Positions 17,653-27,228 of a DNA stretch of 64,000 bases are shown in pieces. The position numbers and the translations under genes were made by a program. Positions within the stretch are counted from its first letter, which is position 1. Each line of letters opens with the position of its first letter. The DNA is from an uncultured delta proteobacterium (lineage in GTDB: Bacteria; Myxococcota; Myxococcia; Myxococcales; Myxococcaceae): positions 448,001 through 512,000 of the forward strand of contig CAVQKE010000001.1 of assembly GCA_963713045.1 (NCBI GenBank), in the 5' to 3' direction. Below the pieces are notes generated by a model. It searched no databases. It was not told the origin of the DNA and saw only the letters and a list, made by a program, of their open reading frames with translations.

Positions 17653-17706
17653 GGTGTCTGGCCTCTGCCTTTCCCTTCAGCCAAAAAGCTTCCGCCCGGC
17701 GTTTGC

Positions 17707-18795
17707 CTACAGCTGCAGGACGCCCTCCACCCGGGACATCAACCCCACCCGGCGCTGGGTGACGGGGCTTGAGCCGTCGAGCAGACGGGCGGTCTCGCTC
17801 AGCACCATCTGCAGGGGGAAGCGCCGCACCGAGGCGTCGGAGGTGGTGATGCCGCCCGGCACCGGGGACTGCCAACCCACCATCTCGTCGGTGGCCCCTT
17901 CCAACAAGGCGGTGATGGCAGCGAAAGCCAGCCGGGCAGCCACCATGCGGTCCAAAAAGGACGGGTTTCCGCCGCGCACCAAGTGTCCCAGGACGACCCC
18001 TCGAATTTCCAGGCCCGGCAGGACCGGCTTCACCGACTCCTCCACCAGGTGCACCAGGCGCAAGGTGGGCACCTCCACGCCCTCGGCCTTGAGGACCAGC
18101 ACCCGGCGCTTGCCGCGCTGGGTGAAGGCCTTGCGGACGACGTCGGCGACGGCCTCCACCAGCGCTTCCGGCGTGCGTTGCTGTTCGCGAAACACCACCG
18201 CATCCGCACCCACCGCCACTGCGGCGGCCATCGCCAGGTAGCCCGACTGCCGGCCCATCACTTCCACCACAAAGGCACGCCGGTGCGAGCGGGCCGTGTC
18301 CGAAATCCGGTCGCAGGCCTCGACGATGGTGTTGAGGGCGGTGTCCACGCCGATGCAGGTGCCGGTACAGCCAATGTCGTTGTCGATGGAGCCGGGCACC
18401 CCCACCACCGCGATGCCCGTCTCTTGCGCCAACAGGTGCGCCCCGGTGAGCGAGCCATTCCCGCCCACCACCAAAAGGCCGGAGACGCCGCGCTGGCGAA
18501 GCTGTTCGGCCGCACTGGCCCGTCCCTCCGGGCTTCGGAAGCGTTCGCTGCGGGCGGTGCCGAGAATCGTCCCGCCCTGCCGGGCGGCGAAGTCCAAGGC
18601 ATTGGTGTCGAAGGTGTCTGCGTCGACGGCCCCCGGCCCCAAGGCGACGAAGCGCCCGTCCATCAACCCGTCGTAGCCGTCGCGGACGCCCAGCACCGCC
18701 GCTCCTCGGGCGGCCGCCGTCTGGGCCGCCGCGCGCAGCGCGGCATTCATCCCAGGCCCGTCCCCCCCAGAGGTGAGAAGTGCGACCGTCGTCAC
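17707..18795 (-). CDS. pfkA: ATP-dependent 6-phosphofructokinase
   Basis: LTSGGDGPGMNAA, GGTILGTAR, PGSIDND, VEVMGR, LGHLVRGG; GTG start at 18795. Confidence 0.9.
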   Translation of the reverse strand: MTTVALLTSGGDGPGMNAALRAAAQTAAARGAAVLGVRDGYDGLMDGRFVALGPGAVDADTFDTNALDFAARQGGTILGTARSERFRSPEGRASAAEQLRQRGVSGLLVVGGNGSLTGAHLLAQETGIAVVGVPGSIDNDIGCTGTCIGVDTALNTIVEACDRISDTARSHRRAFVVEVMGRQSGYLAMAAAVAVGADAVVFREQQRTPEALVEAVADVVRKAFTQRGKRRVLVLKAEGVEVPTLRLVHLVEESVKPVLPGLEIRGVVLGHLVRGGNPSFLDRMVAARLAFAAITALLEGATDEMVGWQSPVPGGITTSDASVRRFPLQMVLSETARLLDGSSPVTQRRVGLMSRVEGVLQL

Positions 18796-18930
18796 AAGGG
18801 GCTCCCCATGGGGGTTGCCGTCCGTCCCGTCCCCCAAAGCTGCTGCCTGGGGAAGCCTGCCCCAACTGCCGGTGTCCTGTCCCGCGCCGGCGAGGAACCG
18901 AAGAGGGCTAACCTCTGCCCGCAAGGGCGC

Positions 18931-19713
18931 ATGACGGACTCCTCCTTCTCCTCGCGCGGTGTGGTGGTGACTGGCGCCAACCGCGGCATTGGCCAGGCGG
19001 TGGCGTTGGCCTTCCTGGAAGCCGGCTGGCCGGTGGTGGCGGTGGCCCGCACCGCCGCCTCGCTGGAGGGCCTGGCCGAGTGGGCCGGGCCGCGGCGCGC
19101 AGCCCTGGAGTCGGTGGCCTGTGACTTGGCCGACGCGGAGGCGCTTGCTTTCACCTGCCGACAGCTGCAAGCCCGCGCCCGGGCGCCGGCCGTCCTCGTC
19201 AACAACGCCGGCGTGTCCCTCGGCGCCCCGGTGGAGCGGACGGCCCGGGCGCAGCTGGAACGGCTTTTGGCCATCAACACCGTGGCGCCGTACCTTCTGT
19301 GTGCGGCGCTCCTCCCGGGCATGGCGCGCGAGGGCGGCGGGCGCGTCGTCAACATCGCCTCCATCGCCGGCCTGCGCGGCATGCGCTACACCTCGGCCTA
19401 CTGCGCCAGCAAACACGCCCTGGTGGGCCTCACCCGGGCACTGGCGGTGGAGTGGGCGGACCGCGCCATCACCGTCAACGCGGTGTGCCCAGGCTGGACG
19501 GAGACGGACATGCTGGAGCAAGCCGTGGAGGCGGTGTCCGAGAAAACCGGCCGCAGCCCGGACAAGGCGCGGGCCGCCATTTTGGGCCGCACGCCGCTCG
19601 GCCGGCCCGTCCTTCCGCAGGAAGTGGCGGCGCTGGTGCTGCACCTGGCCTCCCCGCTGGCCGCCTCCCTCACCGGAGCGGCCCTTCCACTGGACGGGGG
19701 CGAGTCGGCCTAA
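18931..19713 (+). CDS. Short-chain dehydrogenase/reductase (SDR)
   Basis: TGANRGIG, VNNAG, catalytic YCASK, NAVCPG, LDGG. Confidence 0.92.
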   Translation: MTDSSFSSRGVVVTGANRGIGQAVALAFLEAGWPVVAVARTAASLEGLAEWAGPRRAALESVACDLADAEALAFTCRQLQARARAPAVLVNNAGVSLGAPVERTARAQLERLLAINTVAPYLLCAALLPGMAREGGGRVVNIASIAGLRGMRYTSAYCASKHALVGLTRALAVEWADRAITVNAVCPGWTETDMLEQAVEAVSEKTGRSPDKARAAILGRTPLGRPVLPQEVAALVLHLASPLAASLTGAALPLDGGESA

Positions 19714-19802
19714 CCCCCCAGTCGCGGGGCCGAAGCGGGAGGGAGGCTTGAAATGCGCAAAAATCAGACTAATACAAGGGCCGCGTGCGGGGAGGAACTC
19801 TA

Positions 19803-20699
19803 ATGCAACTCGAGTCGCTGAAGATGTTCTGCGACGTGGTGGAGACGGGTTCCTTCTCCCGGGCCGCCCAGCTCAACCACGTCACCCAGTCCGCCGTCAG
19901 CCAGCAGATTCGTGCGCTGGAGACGCGCTACCACCAGAAGCTGCTCAGCCGCAGCGCGCGTCAGGTGACGCCGACGCCGGCAGGCGAGCGCCTCTTTCGA
20001 GGCAGCAAGGAGATTCTCACCCGCTTCGGTGAAGTGGAGACGGAAATCCGCGAGCAGTCGGCGGAGGTGGTGGGGACCGTGACGGTGTCCACCATCTATT
20101 CGGTCGGGCTGCATGAGTTGCAGGAGTTGCAGAAGAACGTCCTACGGACGCACCCCAAAGTGAATATGCGGTTGCTCTACCGGCGGGCGGACCAGGTGTA
20201 CGACGACGTCATCCTCGGCCAGGCGGAAATTGGCGTGGTGGCCTATCCGCTGGCCCGGGCCGGCGTGGATGTGCTGGCCTTCCGCGACGACCGGCTGGGC
20301 GTGGTGGCCGCACCCACCCACCCCTTCGCTTCCAAGGCCAAAGTGTCCATCCAAGCCCTGGCCGGCACGCCCTTCATTTCCTTTGACCGCGAGTCGCCGA
20401 CGCGCAAGGCGCTGGAACGCGTCTTCCGGGAGAAGGGCGTGGTGCTGGAACCGGCGATGGAAATGGACAACGTGGAAACCATCAAGCGCGCTGTCGAGCT
20501 GGGGCTGGGCGCAGCGGTGCTGCCGTTGGCCTGCGTCGAGCACGAGGTGGGCGCCGGCAGCTTGGTGGCCAAGCCCTTCGCCGAGGGCACCATCTCGCGC
20601 CCCATCGGCATCCTCATCCGCAAGGGCAAGTACCTGGACCGCGCCGCTCAAGCGGTGCTCGACGCCTTCAAGGCAGCCGCTTCCGAGAAAGAGGACTAA
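19803..20699 (+). CDS. LysR-family transcriptional regulator
   Basis: GSFSRAA..VTQSAVSQQIRALE HTH, PTPAG, ETIKRAVELGLG. Confidence 0.95.
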   Translation: MQLESLKMFCDVVETGSFSRAAQLNHVTQSAVSQQIRALETRYHQKLLSRSARQVTPTPAGERLFRGSKEILTRFGEVETEIREQSAEVVGTVTVSTIYSVGLHELQELQKNVLRTHPKVNMRLLYRRADQVYDDVILGQAEIGVVAYPLARAGVDVLAFRDDRLGVVAAPTHPFASKAKVSIQALAGTPFISFDRESPTRKALERVFREKGVVLEPAMEMDNVETIKRAVELGLGAAVLPLACVEHEVGAGSLVAKPFAEGTISRPIGILIRKGKYLDRAAQAVLDAFKAAASEKED

Positions 20700-20729
20700 G
20701 CCCCGACGGGGCCCCGGGCGGCCAAGGGG

Positions 20730-21407
20730 TTACGGCGCGGCCCCATCCACCGGCCCCTTGGCCTCGCGGTAGCCAGGGGGAATGTCGAAGGTGGATGCCG
20801 GAAGGTGTTTGGGCTGCACCCGCACCGCCTCCACGCCCGTCTCCTTGCTGCCTTGGGCGGTGGAGCGAAACAGCATTTTCAACGGAAGCCCCTGGAGGCT
20901 GGCCGCTTTGAGAGCGGTCCACCACGCGTCGCCCCCGTTTCTATCGAAGGCGGAGACGAAGCGGGCCGGCGGAACCAGCGAAGTGTCAATCCACAGCTCC
21001 TGCTCCTTGCCCTGGGCAGCCGAGGTGAGCAGCACGTGCTGCACCGTTCGGCCAAGCATCGTGCCGGTGCCCAGTCGCTTCAGGGCGGGCGGGGCCGAGC
21101 CGGGGTCCTCGGCGGGCGTGGCGTTGTCGAACTTCTGGTACGTCTTGTGGGCCTCGTCCAGCGTGTAGGTGACGTTCGGCTCACTGGCCCGCACCAGCGA
21201 CACCATCTGGAAGGGCTGCTTGGCCGTCTGGGCAACCAGCTCGGAGCGCATCCCCGCCGGACTGACCAGAATGCGCACCGTCCCGCCGGTCCAGCCGCCC
21301 TTGGCGCTGGCATCGGTGAGAATCCTCATGTCGAGCTCGCCCTCGAATTCAGCGGCCGCCGCTGGCAGCGCGCACAGGGTGAGGCCGAGGAGAAGGGCGC
21401 GGCGCAG
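20730..21407 (-). CDS. Exported DUF4412-like protein (paralog 2), probable CTG start
   Basis: In-frame signal peptide LRRALLLGLTLCALPAAAA-EFEG upstream of the ORF-track ATG; GLPLK and FDIPPGY C-terminal motifs. Confidence 0.7.
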   Translation of the reverse strand: MRRALLLGLTLCALPAAAAEFEGELDMRILTDASAKGGWTGGTVRILVSPAGMRSELVAQTAKQPFQMVSLVRASEPNVTYTLDEAHKTYQKFDNATPAEDPGSAPPALKRLGTGTMLGRTVQHVLLTSAAQGKEQELWIDTSLVPPARFVSAFDRNGGDAWWTALKAASLQGLPLKMLFRSTAQGSKETGVEAVRVQPKHLPASTFDIPPGYREAKGPVDGAAP

Positions 21408-21441
21408 GGGGCTTTCCCGGGGGGAGAGGTGGGGGCGGCTT

Positions 21442-22200
21442 CTACTGCTGGTACTTCTTCATCATCTCCTCAAATTTCGCGCGCTGCTCCGGCGTCATCT
21501 TCTTCAGGGCCTCGTCGCGCTGCTTCTTGAGGGCCGCCTGCTGCCCGGGAGCTGCCAAGTCCAGCGGGTCCTTGGCCTCGCGGAAGTCGGCCGGAACCTG
21601 AAACATCGTCTTGGACAGGCTCTTCTTCTCGACGCTGGTGGCCTCCCAGCCGGAGTCTCCGTTGAGTTCCTTCAGGGGGATGCCGAGCACCCCCGCCTTT
21701 TCCAGCGCTCGCCAGGAGCTGTTTCGTTCCCCCTGCTGCTGGCTAAAGGCGGCCAGCGCCGCCGCAGGGAAGTGGAGCGAGGTGTCAATCCACAGTTCCG
21801 AGGTGCGGTTGTTGGCGAAGGTCACCTTCACCCGCTCCACCGAGTGACCGAGGAATGTCGTCCGGCCCAGTTTCTCCACCTTCGGACTCTCCCCCTCGCT
21901 GCTCTTCACCTTGGTGAGGTCGTGCTTCATGTAGGCCTTGGCTTCGTCATTCAAAAGGTAGGTGACGCCAGGCTCGTCGGCACGCCACAGCATCGTCATC
22001 TGAAAGGGCGCCCCGCTGGCTCCCGGCTTTTGCCCGGAGGCCTCCACCCGGAAGCCGGCGGGTGAGAGGTACATCTTCATGGTGTTGACGGACGGGGCCG
22101 CAGAGCCGCCGCTCACCGGGTGTCCGGTGATGACGCCCTCAAAGTCCCCGGCCCAGCTGGGGAGTGCCACAAGGGTGAGGCACAGGAAAACCTGTCGCAT
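21442..22200 (-). CDS. Exported DUF4412-like protein (paralog 1)
   Basis: Signal peptide MRQVFLCLTLVALPSWA-GDFEG; ELWIDTSL, GIPLK, FQVPADF. Confidence 0.75.
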   Translation of the reverse strand: MRQVFLCLTLVALPSWAGDFEGVITGHPVSGGSAAPSVNTMKMYLSPAGFRVEASGQKPGASGAPFQMTMLWRADEPGVTYLLNDEAKAYMKHDLTKVKSSEGESPKVEKLGRTTFLGHSVERVKVTFANNRTSELWIDTSLHFPAAALAAFSQQQGERNSSWRALEKAGVLGIPLKELNGDSGWEATSVEKKSLSKTMFQVPADFREAKDPLDLAAPGQQAALKKQRDEALKKMTPEQRAKFEEMMKKYQQ

Positions 22201-22328
22201 GCGGGGCTCCTTCACCTTAGGCGGGCACTGTTGCCCGCGCCCAGGGCCGCAGTCTGCCCTTGTCCGGGCTAGGAGGGACAGCCCGAAAGGGCTGCGGCCT
22301 CTGGCCGACCCGGGGTGCAGCGCGGCCT

Positions 22329-23645
22329 TCAGTGCCGGCGCAGCCGGGCCGCGAAAAATCCATCGCGGCCTTCGGGCCCAGGCAGCGTCCGGAGGCAGCC
22401 CGCCTCCAAGGGAAGCTGCGGCGCGAGCGGCCCCTGCGGCGTCTCCAGCGTGAAGTCGGGGAAGGCCTGCAGGAAGTGCTGCAGCTGCTGCGGGCCTTCC
22501 TCGGCCTCCGTTGAGCACACCGCGTAGACGAGCAATCCCCCGCTGGGCACGGCCGTCTGGGCAACCTCCAAGAGGGTTTGCTGGAGGGCCGCCAAGCGGG
22601 GGAGGTCCTCCGGGAGACGGCGGTAGCGCAGTTCCGGGTTGCGGCGCAGCGTGCCCAGTCCGGAGCAGGGCGCGTCCAGAAGCACCACCTGGAAGGGACC
22701 CAGGTCCGCCGGCAACGGCTTCGTGGCGTCATGCGCGCGAAGGCTGACCTGCGCGCTCAACCCAAGGCGGGCCGCCTCGGCGCGGACCGCCTCCAGCTTC
22801 CGCGGCTGAATGTCCAGCGCCACCACCGGGCCGCGCTCGGCAAGCTGGCAGGTTTTCCCGCCGGGCGCAGCGCACAGGTCCAACACCCGTGCCCCCTGAG
22901 GCACCTCGGCGTAATGCACCACCAGCTGTGCCGCCTCGTCCTGCACCTGCCACAGCCCTTCCCGGAAGCCCAAGATGGACTCCACCCGTCCGGGCGCCTG
23001 CAGGCGAAGACCCAAAGGCGCACAGTCGGTGGGCCGGGGCCGGAGCCCGGCCTCGTCCAACAGGGCGAGAAGCTCCTCGCGCGTGGTCCGCGTCGCGTTG
23101 GCCCGCAGCACCAGCGGCGGCGGTTGGTTGTCGGCGGCCAGCATGGCCAGGGTGCGCTCTTGACCGAAGGCGCCGAGCCAGCGTTCCACCAGCCACGCGG
23201 GGTGGCTTTCCCGGACGGAGAGGAAGGGTGCTTCGGGTTCAGCCGGCGGCAGCGGCTGGGCAGGCAAGGCCGACAGCTTCCGCAGGACGGCGTTGACGAA
23301 GCCTGCGGCGCGGGCCAGCCCGACTTCCTTCAAGGCCTGCACCGTCTCGGCCACCGCCGCCCGGGCCGGCATCCTGGCGTAGAAGAGTTGGTAGGCCCCC
23401 ACCCGCAACGCGGCCAGCACCCTATCCTCCAGCGTTGACAGGCGCCGGTCGCACACCCCAGCCAGCGCATAGTCCAGCGTCAGACGCCGGCGGGTGGCGC
23501 CGTAGCACAACTCGGTCACCAAGGAGGCGTCGCGCGCGTCCCGCAGCACCGTCTCGCTGAGGCGCGCGTCGAGGACGGGCGTCAACCAAGCGTCGGTGGC
23601 CTCCACCCGCGCCAGAACTTCAATGGCCAGCGCCCGCGCCGTCAT
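22329..23645 (-). CDS. rsmB: 16S rRNA (cytosine967-C5) methyltransferase RsmB
   Basis: NusB-like N-terminus (GFVNAVLR), SHPAWL, VQDEAAQ, DLCAAPGGKT, DAPCSGLG, YAVCS, DGFF. Confidence 0.93.
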   Translation of the reverse strand: MTARALAIEVLARVEATDAWLTPVLDARLSETVLRDARDASLVTELCYGATRRRLTLDYALAGVCDRRLSTLEDRVLAALRVGAYQLFYARMPARAAVAETVQALKEVGLARAAGFVNAVLRKLSALPAQPLPPAEPEAPFLSVRESHPAWLVERWLGAFGQERTLAMLAADNQPPPLVLRANATRTTREELLALLDEAGLRPRPTDCAPLGLRLQAPGRVESILGFREGLWQVQDEAAQLVVHYAEVPQGARVLDLCAAPGGKTCQLAERGPVVALDIQPRKLEAVRAEAARLGLSAQVSLRAHDATKPLPADLGPFQVVLLDAPCSGLGTLRRNPELRYRRLPEDLPRLAALQQTLLEVAQTAVPSGGLLVYAVCSTEAEEGPQQLQHFLQAFPDFTLETPQGPLAPQLPLEAGCLRTLPGPEGRDGFFAARLRRH

Positions 23646-24481
23646 CCGTCCAGGGCCGTCATCAGCTCCACCAGCTGCTCGTCGCCCAGCCGAGACGGCT
23701 TCTGCACCGCGAGCAGCAGTTGCTGCAGCGTCTCCTCCAACAGCTCGCGCTGACCGCTCTCCGCCGGCGCGCCGCGCTGCAAGTCCAACCACTGGCCGCG
23801 GGCCCAGGTGGCGAGGCCCGCCGGGGTGATGCGGCCCGCCAGGCGGTCGGCAATGCGGGCGCGCAGCTTGCTGCGGCTGAGGGCGCCTTCGGCAACGGCG
23901 CGCCCGGTGGGGGCCACCGCCGGTTGGGCGGCGCGGCGCCCCAGCGTCTTGGCGGCAGGCCGGGCCGGCGCTGCCGGTGGGGCAGGCGCCGGCCGCCGGC
24001 CGAGAGGTTCCTTGCGGGCCGGAGGCGCCTTGCGCTCGGCCACCGGCCGGGGCCGAAGGCCCGCGGTGGCCAGGCGCTCCAGGGCGTGGAGGTAGCCCTC
24101 CGGGCCTTCGCCCACCACGCGCGCGACGCAGACGTCCTGAAGCAGCGAATGGCGGCGCACCGACGCCTTGCCGGAGGCGTCGTGCAGGTGCACCTCCACC
24201 ACCGGCAGCCCCACCGCCGCCACCGCCTCGTGCAGCACGTGCGAAGTCAGGGCCAACAGCCCCGGTGACAACACCACCGCCTCGGCCCAACCCCCGGGGT
24301 TGCGGAGTGCGTCGAGGAGGGCCCCCTCGTGGTTGCTTTGCAGCGAGCGGACCGTCAAGCCGAGGCGCCGGGCGCGCTCGGCAATTCGGCGGTCCAGGCT
24401 AGGCAGGGACAGGGACGGGTCATCGCCCGGGCGGCGTCCGAGGAGGTCGAGATTTGGTCCATGCAGCACAAGCACATTCAT
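23642..24481 (-). CDS. Type II 3-dehydroquinase (AroQ)-like protein, degenerate active site, C-terminal extension
   Basis: HGPNL.LLGRR, QSNHEG, VEVH and RRHS present; lid Tyr and the N/H of NPGA.TH are missing; about 140 extra residues. Confidence 0.75.
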   Translation of the reverse strand: MNVLVLHGPNLDLLGRRPGDDPSLSLPSLDRRIAERARRLGLTVRSLQSNHEGALLDALRNPGGWAEAVVLSPGLLALTSHVLHEAVAAVGLPVVEVHLHDASGKASVRRHSLLQDVCVARVVGEGPEGYLHALERLATAGLRPRPVAERKAPPARKEPLGRRPAPAPPAAPARPAAKTLGRRAAQPAVAPTGRAVAEGALSRSKLRARIADRLAGRITPAGLATWARGQWLDLQRGAPAESGQRELLEETLQQLLLAVQKPSRLGDEQLVELMTALDG

Positions 24482-24507
24482 AGTGGCGTCTCGCGAATGA
24501 AGCGGCT

Positions 24508-25449
24508 TTAGGCTGGCATCTCATCAAAGGGCCGCGATTCCACCGCCAATGGGTGGCCGCGGAGGAAGTCGGCCGCCGGCATTCTGCGCTTTCCTTCGGC
24601 CTGCAACTCCATCAGCAGAAGCGAACCTTGGGACGTGGCGACCTCCAGCAGCCCGTCCGTCCGGAGGACGGTCCCCGGAGGCCCGGCGCCTTGGCCCACC
24701 CGGGCGCGGTGCACCTTGAGGAGGTGGCCGCCGAGAGTGGTCCAGGCGCCCGGCCAGGGAGTGAAGGCGCGCACCCGGCGCTCCAGCACCCGCGCCGGCA
24801 GACGGAAATCCAGAAACCCGTCGCGCTTCTCCACCACCCGGGCCAGCGTCACCCCCTCCCGCGGCTGCGGGACGGGCAACAGCGCCCCGGCGAAAAAACG
24901 GGGCAACTCCTGGCGCAGCAGCTCGCCCCCCAAGGCAGACAGGCGCAGCGACAGCGACTCGGTGGTGTCCTCCGGGCCAATGGCCTCCCGCCGCGCCGCC
25001 AGGACGGGCCCGGTGTCCAGCCCGACGTCCATCTGCATCAGGCACACCCCAGTCTCTGTGTCTCCCTCGGCAATGGCCCATTGGATGGGGGCCGCCCCGC
25101 GCCAGCGCGGCAGCAGGGAGGCGTGCACGTTGAGACTGCCGCGGCGCGGCGCGGCGAGGACGTCCGAGGGAAGAATGCGGCCATAGGCCGTCACCACCGT
25201 CACTTCCGGCCGAAGTGCGGACAGCTGATGCGCGAAGTCCGTGCCTTTCAGGCGCGGCGGCTGCAGCACCGGCAAGCCGGCGGCCTGCGCTGCCACTTTC
25301 ACCGCCGACGCCTGCGCAGCGTGCCCGCGGCCCTTGGGACGGTCCGGCTGCGTCACCACCGCCACCACCTCGCCGACCAGGCGACAGGCCTCCAGCGACG
25401 GGACGGCGAGGGCGGGGGTGCCCATGAAGACGATGCGCGGACGGTCCAT
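24508..25449 (-). CDS. fmt: Methionyl-tRNA formyltransferase
   Basis: IVFMGTP, VVTQPDRPKGRG, NVHASLLPRWRGAAPI, GLDTG, PWPGA. Confidence 0.96.
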   Translation of the reverse strand: MDRPRIVFMGTPALAVPSLEACRLVGEVVAVVTQPDRPKGRGHAAQASAVKVAAQAAGLPVLQPPRLKGTDFAHQLSALRPEVTVVTAYGRILPSDVLAAPRRGSLNVHASLLPRWRGAAPIQWAIAEGDTETGVCLMQMDVGLDTGPVLAARREAIGPEDTTESLSLRLSALGGELLRQELPRFFAGALLPVPQPREGVTLARVVEKRDGFLDFRLPARVLERRVRAFTPWPGAWTTLGGHLLKVHRARVGQGAGPPGTVLRTDGLLEVATSQGSLLLMELQAEGKRRMPAADFLRGHPLAVESRPFDEMPA

Positions 25450-25564
25450 GGGGTGCCCCCGTCTTCTTGGAGAGAAGGGGGCCGAGGAAGGGGCGTGCCA
25501 CTAGGTACGCCAGCGGGAGGGGGGAAGGCCAGAGGTCGGGGAACGTCTTACCCAGGAGCGAGAA

Positions 25565-25593
25565 TTGACCGACGAGGGGTGCTCGTCTATGCC
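25565..25593 (+). promoter_or_regulatory. Putative sigma70 promoter of the HEAT-repeat gene
   Basis: TTGACC-N17-TATGCC. Confidence 0.45.
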
Positions 25594-25629
25594 CACCAGT
25601 TAACCCCGGGGGGCTCGCTGGAGGGGAAA

Positions 25630-27228
25630 ATGCAACGGCGTACGCTCGTCTGCCTCCTCTTGGGCCTCTCCATGCTGCCAGGGTGCAGCAAAGACCCTTC
25701 GACGCCGGAGTACTGGCAGGGCCAACTCGACGCGGCCAAACGTCCCTCCGAGAAGGTGCGGGTGGTGGACGCCCTGCGCAGCTCCGGGAAGCTGAACAAG
25801 TCCTTTCTGCCGATGTTGGAAGCGGAATTGGCCAAGGAGAAGAACGCCGAAGAAAAGGGTGCGCTGGCCCGCGCCATTGGCGACTTACAGGACCCAAGCA
25901 GCGTCCCGGCCCTCTCCGATGCGTTGGACCTCTCCTCCTCGGACGGCGCCACCAGCCGGATGAATTCGGCCATCGCCCAGGCCCTGGGCAGCACCCACGA
26001 CCCGCGCGCCGTTCCGGCGCTCCTCAAGCTGCTCAAATCCAAGGACGACTACGTCCGGATTGACGCCATTCAAGCGCTGGGGGCCCTCAAGGCCCCGGAG
26101 GCGGTGGCCCCGCTGATGGAGCTCGCCCTGGATGACGCCAGCTCGCCCCAGGTGAATCGCCGGGCGGTGGCGGCACTCGGCGACATTGGCGATGCCAAGG
26201 CCGTCGCGGTGCTGCTGAAGGCACTCTACAAGCAGCGCGGAAATCAGAATTTCTCGAGCGAGGCCAGCTTCTCCCTCTACCAAGTCGGAAAGCCGGCGGT
26301 GGACGCCCTGGTGCGCGTCGTCCAGGGCGAGGACGCGGACCTCAGTGCCTGGGCCCGCCGGCGAGACGTGGACGGCACGGTGCTGGTGGTGCGAGCCACC
26401 GACGTCCTGAAGGACTTCGCCGCCCCGCAAGCCGAGCCGGCGCTGTTGAAGAAGCTGTCCTTTCAAAACCCAGACGCCAGCATGCAGTGGTATGGGCGGA
26501 TGTTTGCCGCCAACGGCCTCGGCAAGTTACGCGCCCAGCCAGCCGTCGCCCCGTTGATGGTGATGGTGGTGGATGAGAATGAACCGCTCCCCCGGGCGGA
26601 GTACGCCCGGGCGCTGGTGCTGGTCGGCAACCGGGAGGCCCTGCCGGCCCTCTTCAAGGCAGCCGGCAAGGGCACCTGGAATGCCCGGCAATTCGCGGTG
26701 GCCTCGCTCAGCATGCTGGGCGACGACCGCGAGTTGGCCGGCTTTGACAAGTTGGCGCAAGCCGAGCCGGCGCTGGCCGCCTCCGAATGCAAGCAGTACG
26801 GGTGCGCCACGCCGGCCAGCGAAGTGGCCCAGCAACGGGCCAAGGTGTTTGCCGTGTTTCGCAGCTCGCTGGAGGCCGCCGGCAGCTGCAAGCAGGACTA
26901 CGCCTGCTGGGCGGGGAAGCTGAAAGACACGTCGGCTTCAGCGCCGGTGCGTCAGCGGGCGGCGCTGGAAATTGGCCGCTCCGGGCACGCCGAGTTCGCC
27001 ACCACCTTGGCGCAACTGGTGGACGAGTCGGACGCCGAAACGCGGATGGCCGTCCTGCAGGGCCTCTCCTGGCTGGTGAAAGGCGGGACGGCCGCGGCGA
27101 TGGCCCTCAAGGACGTGGTGCCCAAGCTGGAGCAGCGCCTGGAGGAGGACCGGGGGAAGCAGGACTACGTTGCAACCAGCGAGGCGCTGCGGCGGCTGTT
27201 GGTGGACATCAGCCGCCGGAGAGGCTGA
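25630..27228 (+). CDS. HEAT/PBS-lyase-repeat lipoprotein
   Basis: Lipobox LPGC, GGAGGGG RBS, repeated A..ALG.......AVP.L units. Confidence 0.85.
   Translation: MQRRTLVCLLLGLSMLPGCSKDPSTPEYWQGQLDAAKRPSEKVRVVDALRSSGKLNKSFLPMLEAELAKEKNAEEKGALARAIGDLQDPSSVPALSDALDLSSSDGATSRMNSAIAQALGSTHDPRAVPALLKLLKSKDDYVRIDAIQALGALKAPEAVAPLMELALDDASSPQVNRRAVAALGDIGDAKAVAVLLKALYKQRGNQNFSSEASFSLYQVGKPAVDALVRVVQGEDADLSAWARRRDVDGTVLVVRATDVLKDFAAPQAEPALLKKLSFQNPDASMQWYGRMFAANGLGKLRAQPAVAPLMVMVVDENEPLPRAEYARALVLVGNREALPALFKAAGKGTWNARQFAVASLSMLGDDRELAGFDKLAQAEPALAASECKQYGCATPASEVAQQRAKVFAVFRSSLEAAGSCKQDYACWAGKLKDTSASAPVRQRAALEIGRSGHAEFATTLAQLVDESDAETRMAVLQGLSWLVKGGTAAAMALKDVVPKLEQRLEEDRGKQDYVATSEALRRLLVDISRRRG

Noticed and set aside
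18445..18470. Pfk GGNGS instead of GGDGS
   Set aside because: Variant seen in other bacterial Pfks; the remaining catalytic motifs are intact.
20699..20730. GC-rich CCCCGGG-type intergenic palindromes (also near 4622, 29795, 42578) as a REP family
   Set aside because: No consistent longer consensus; expected at this GC content.
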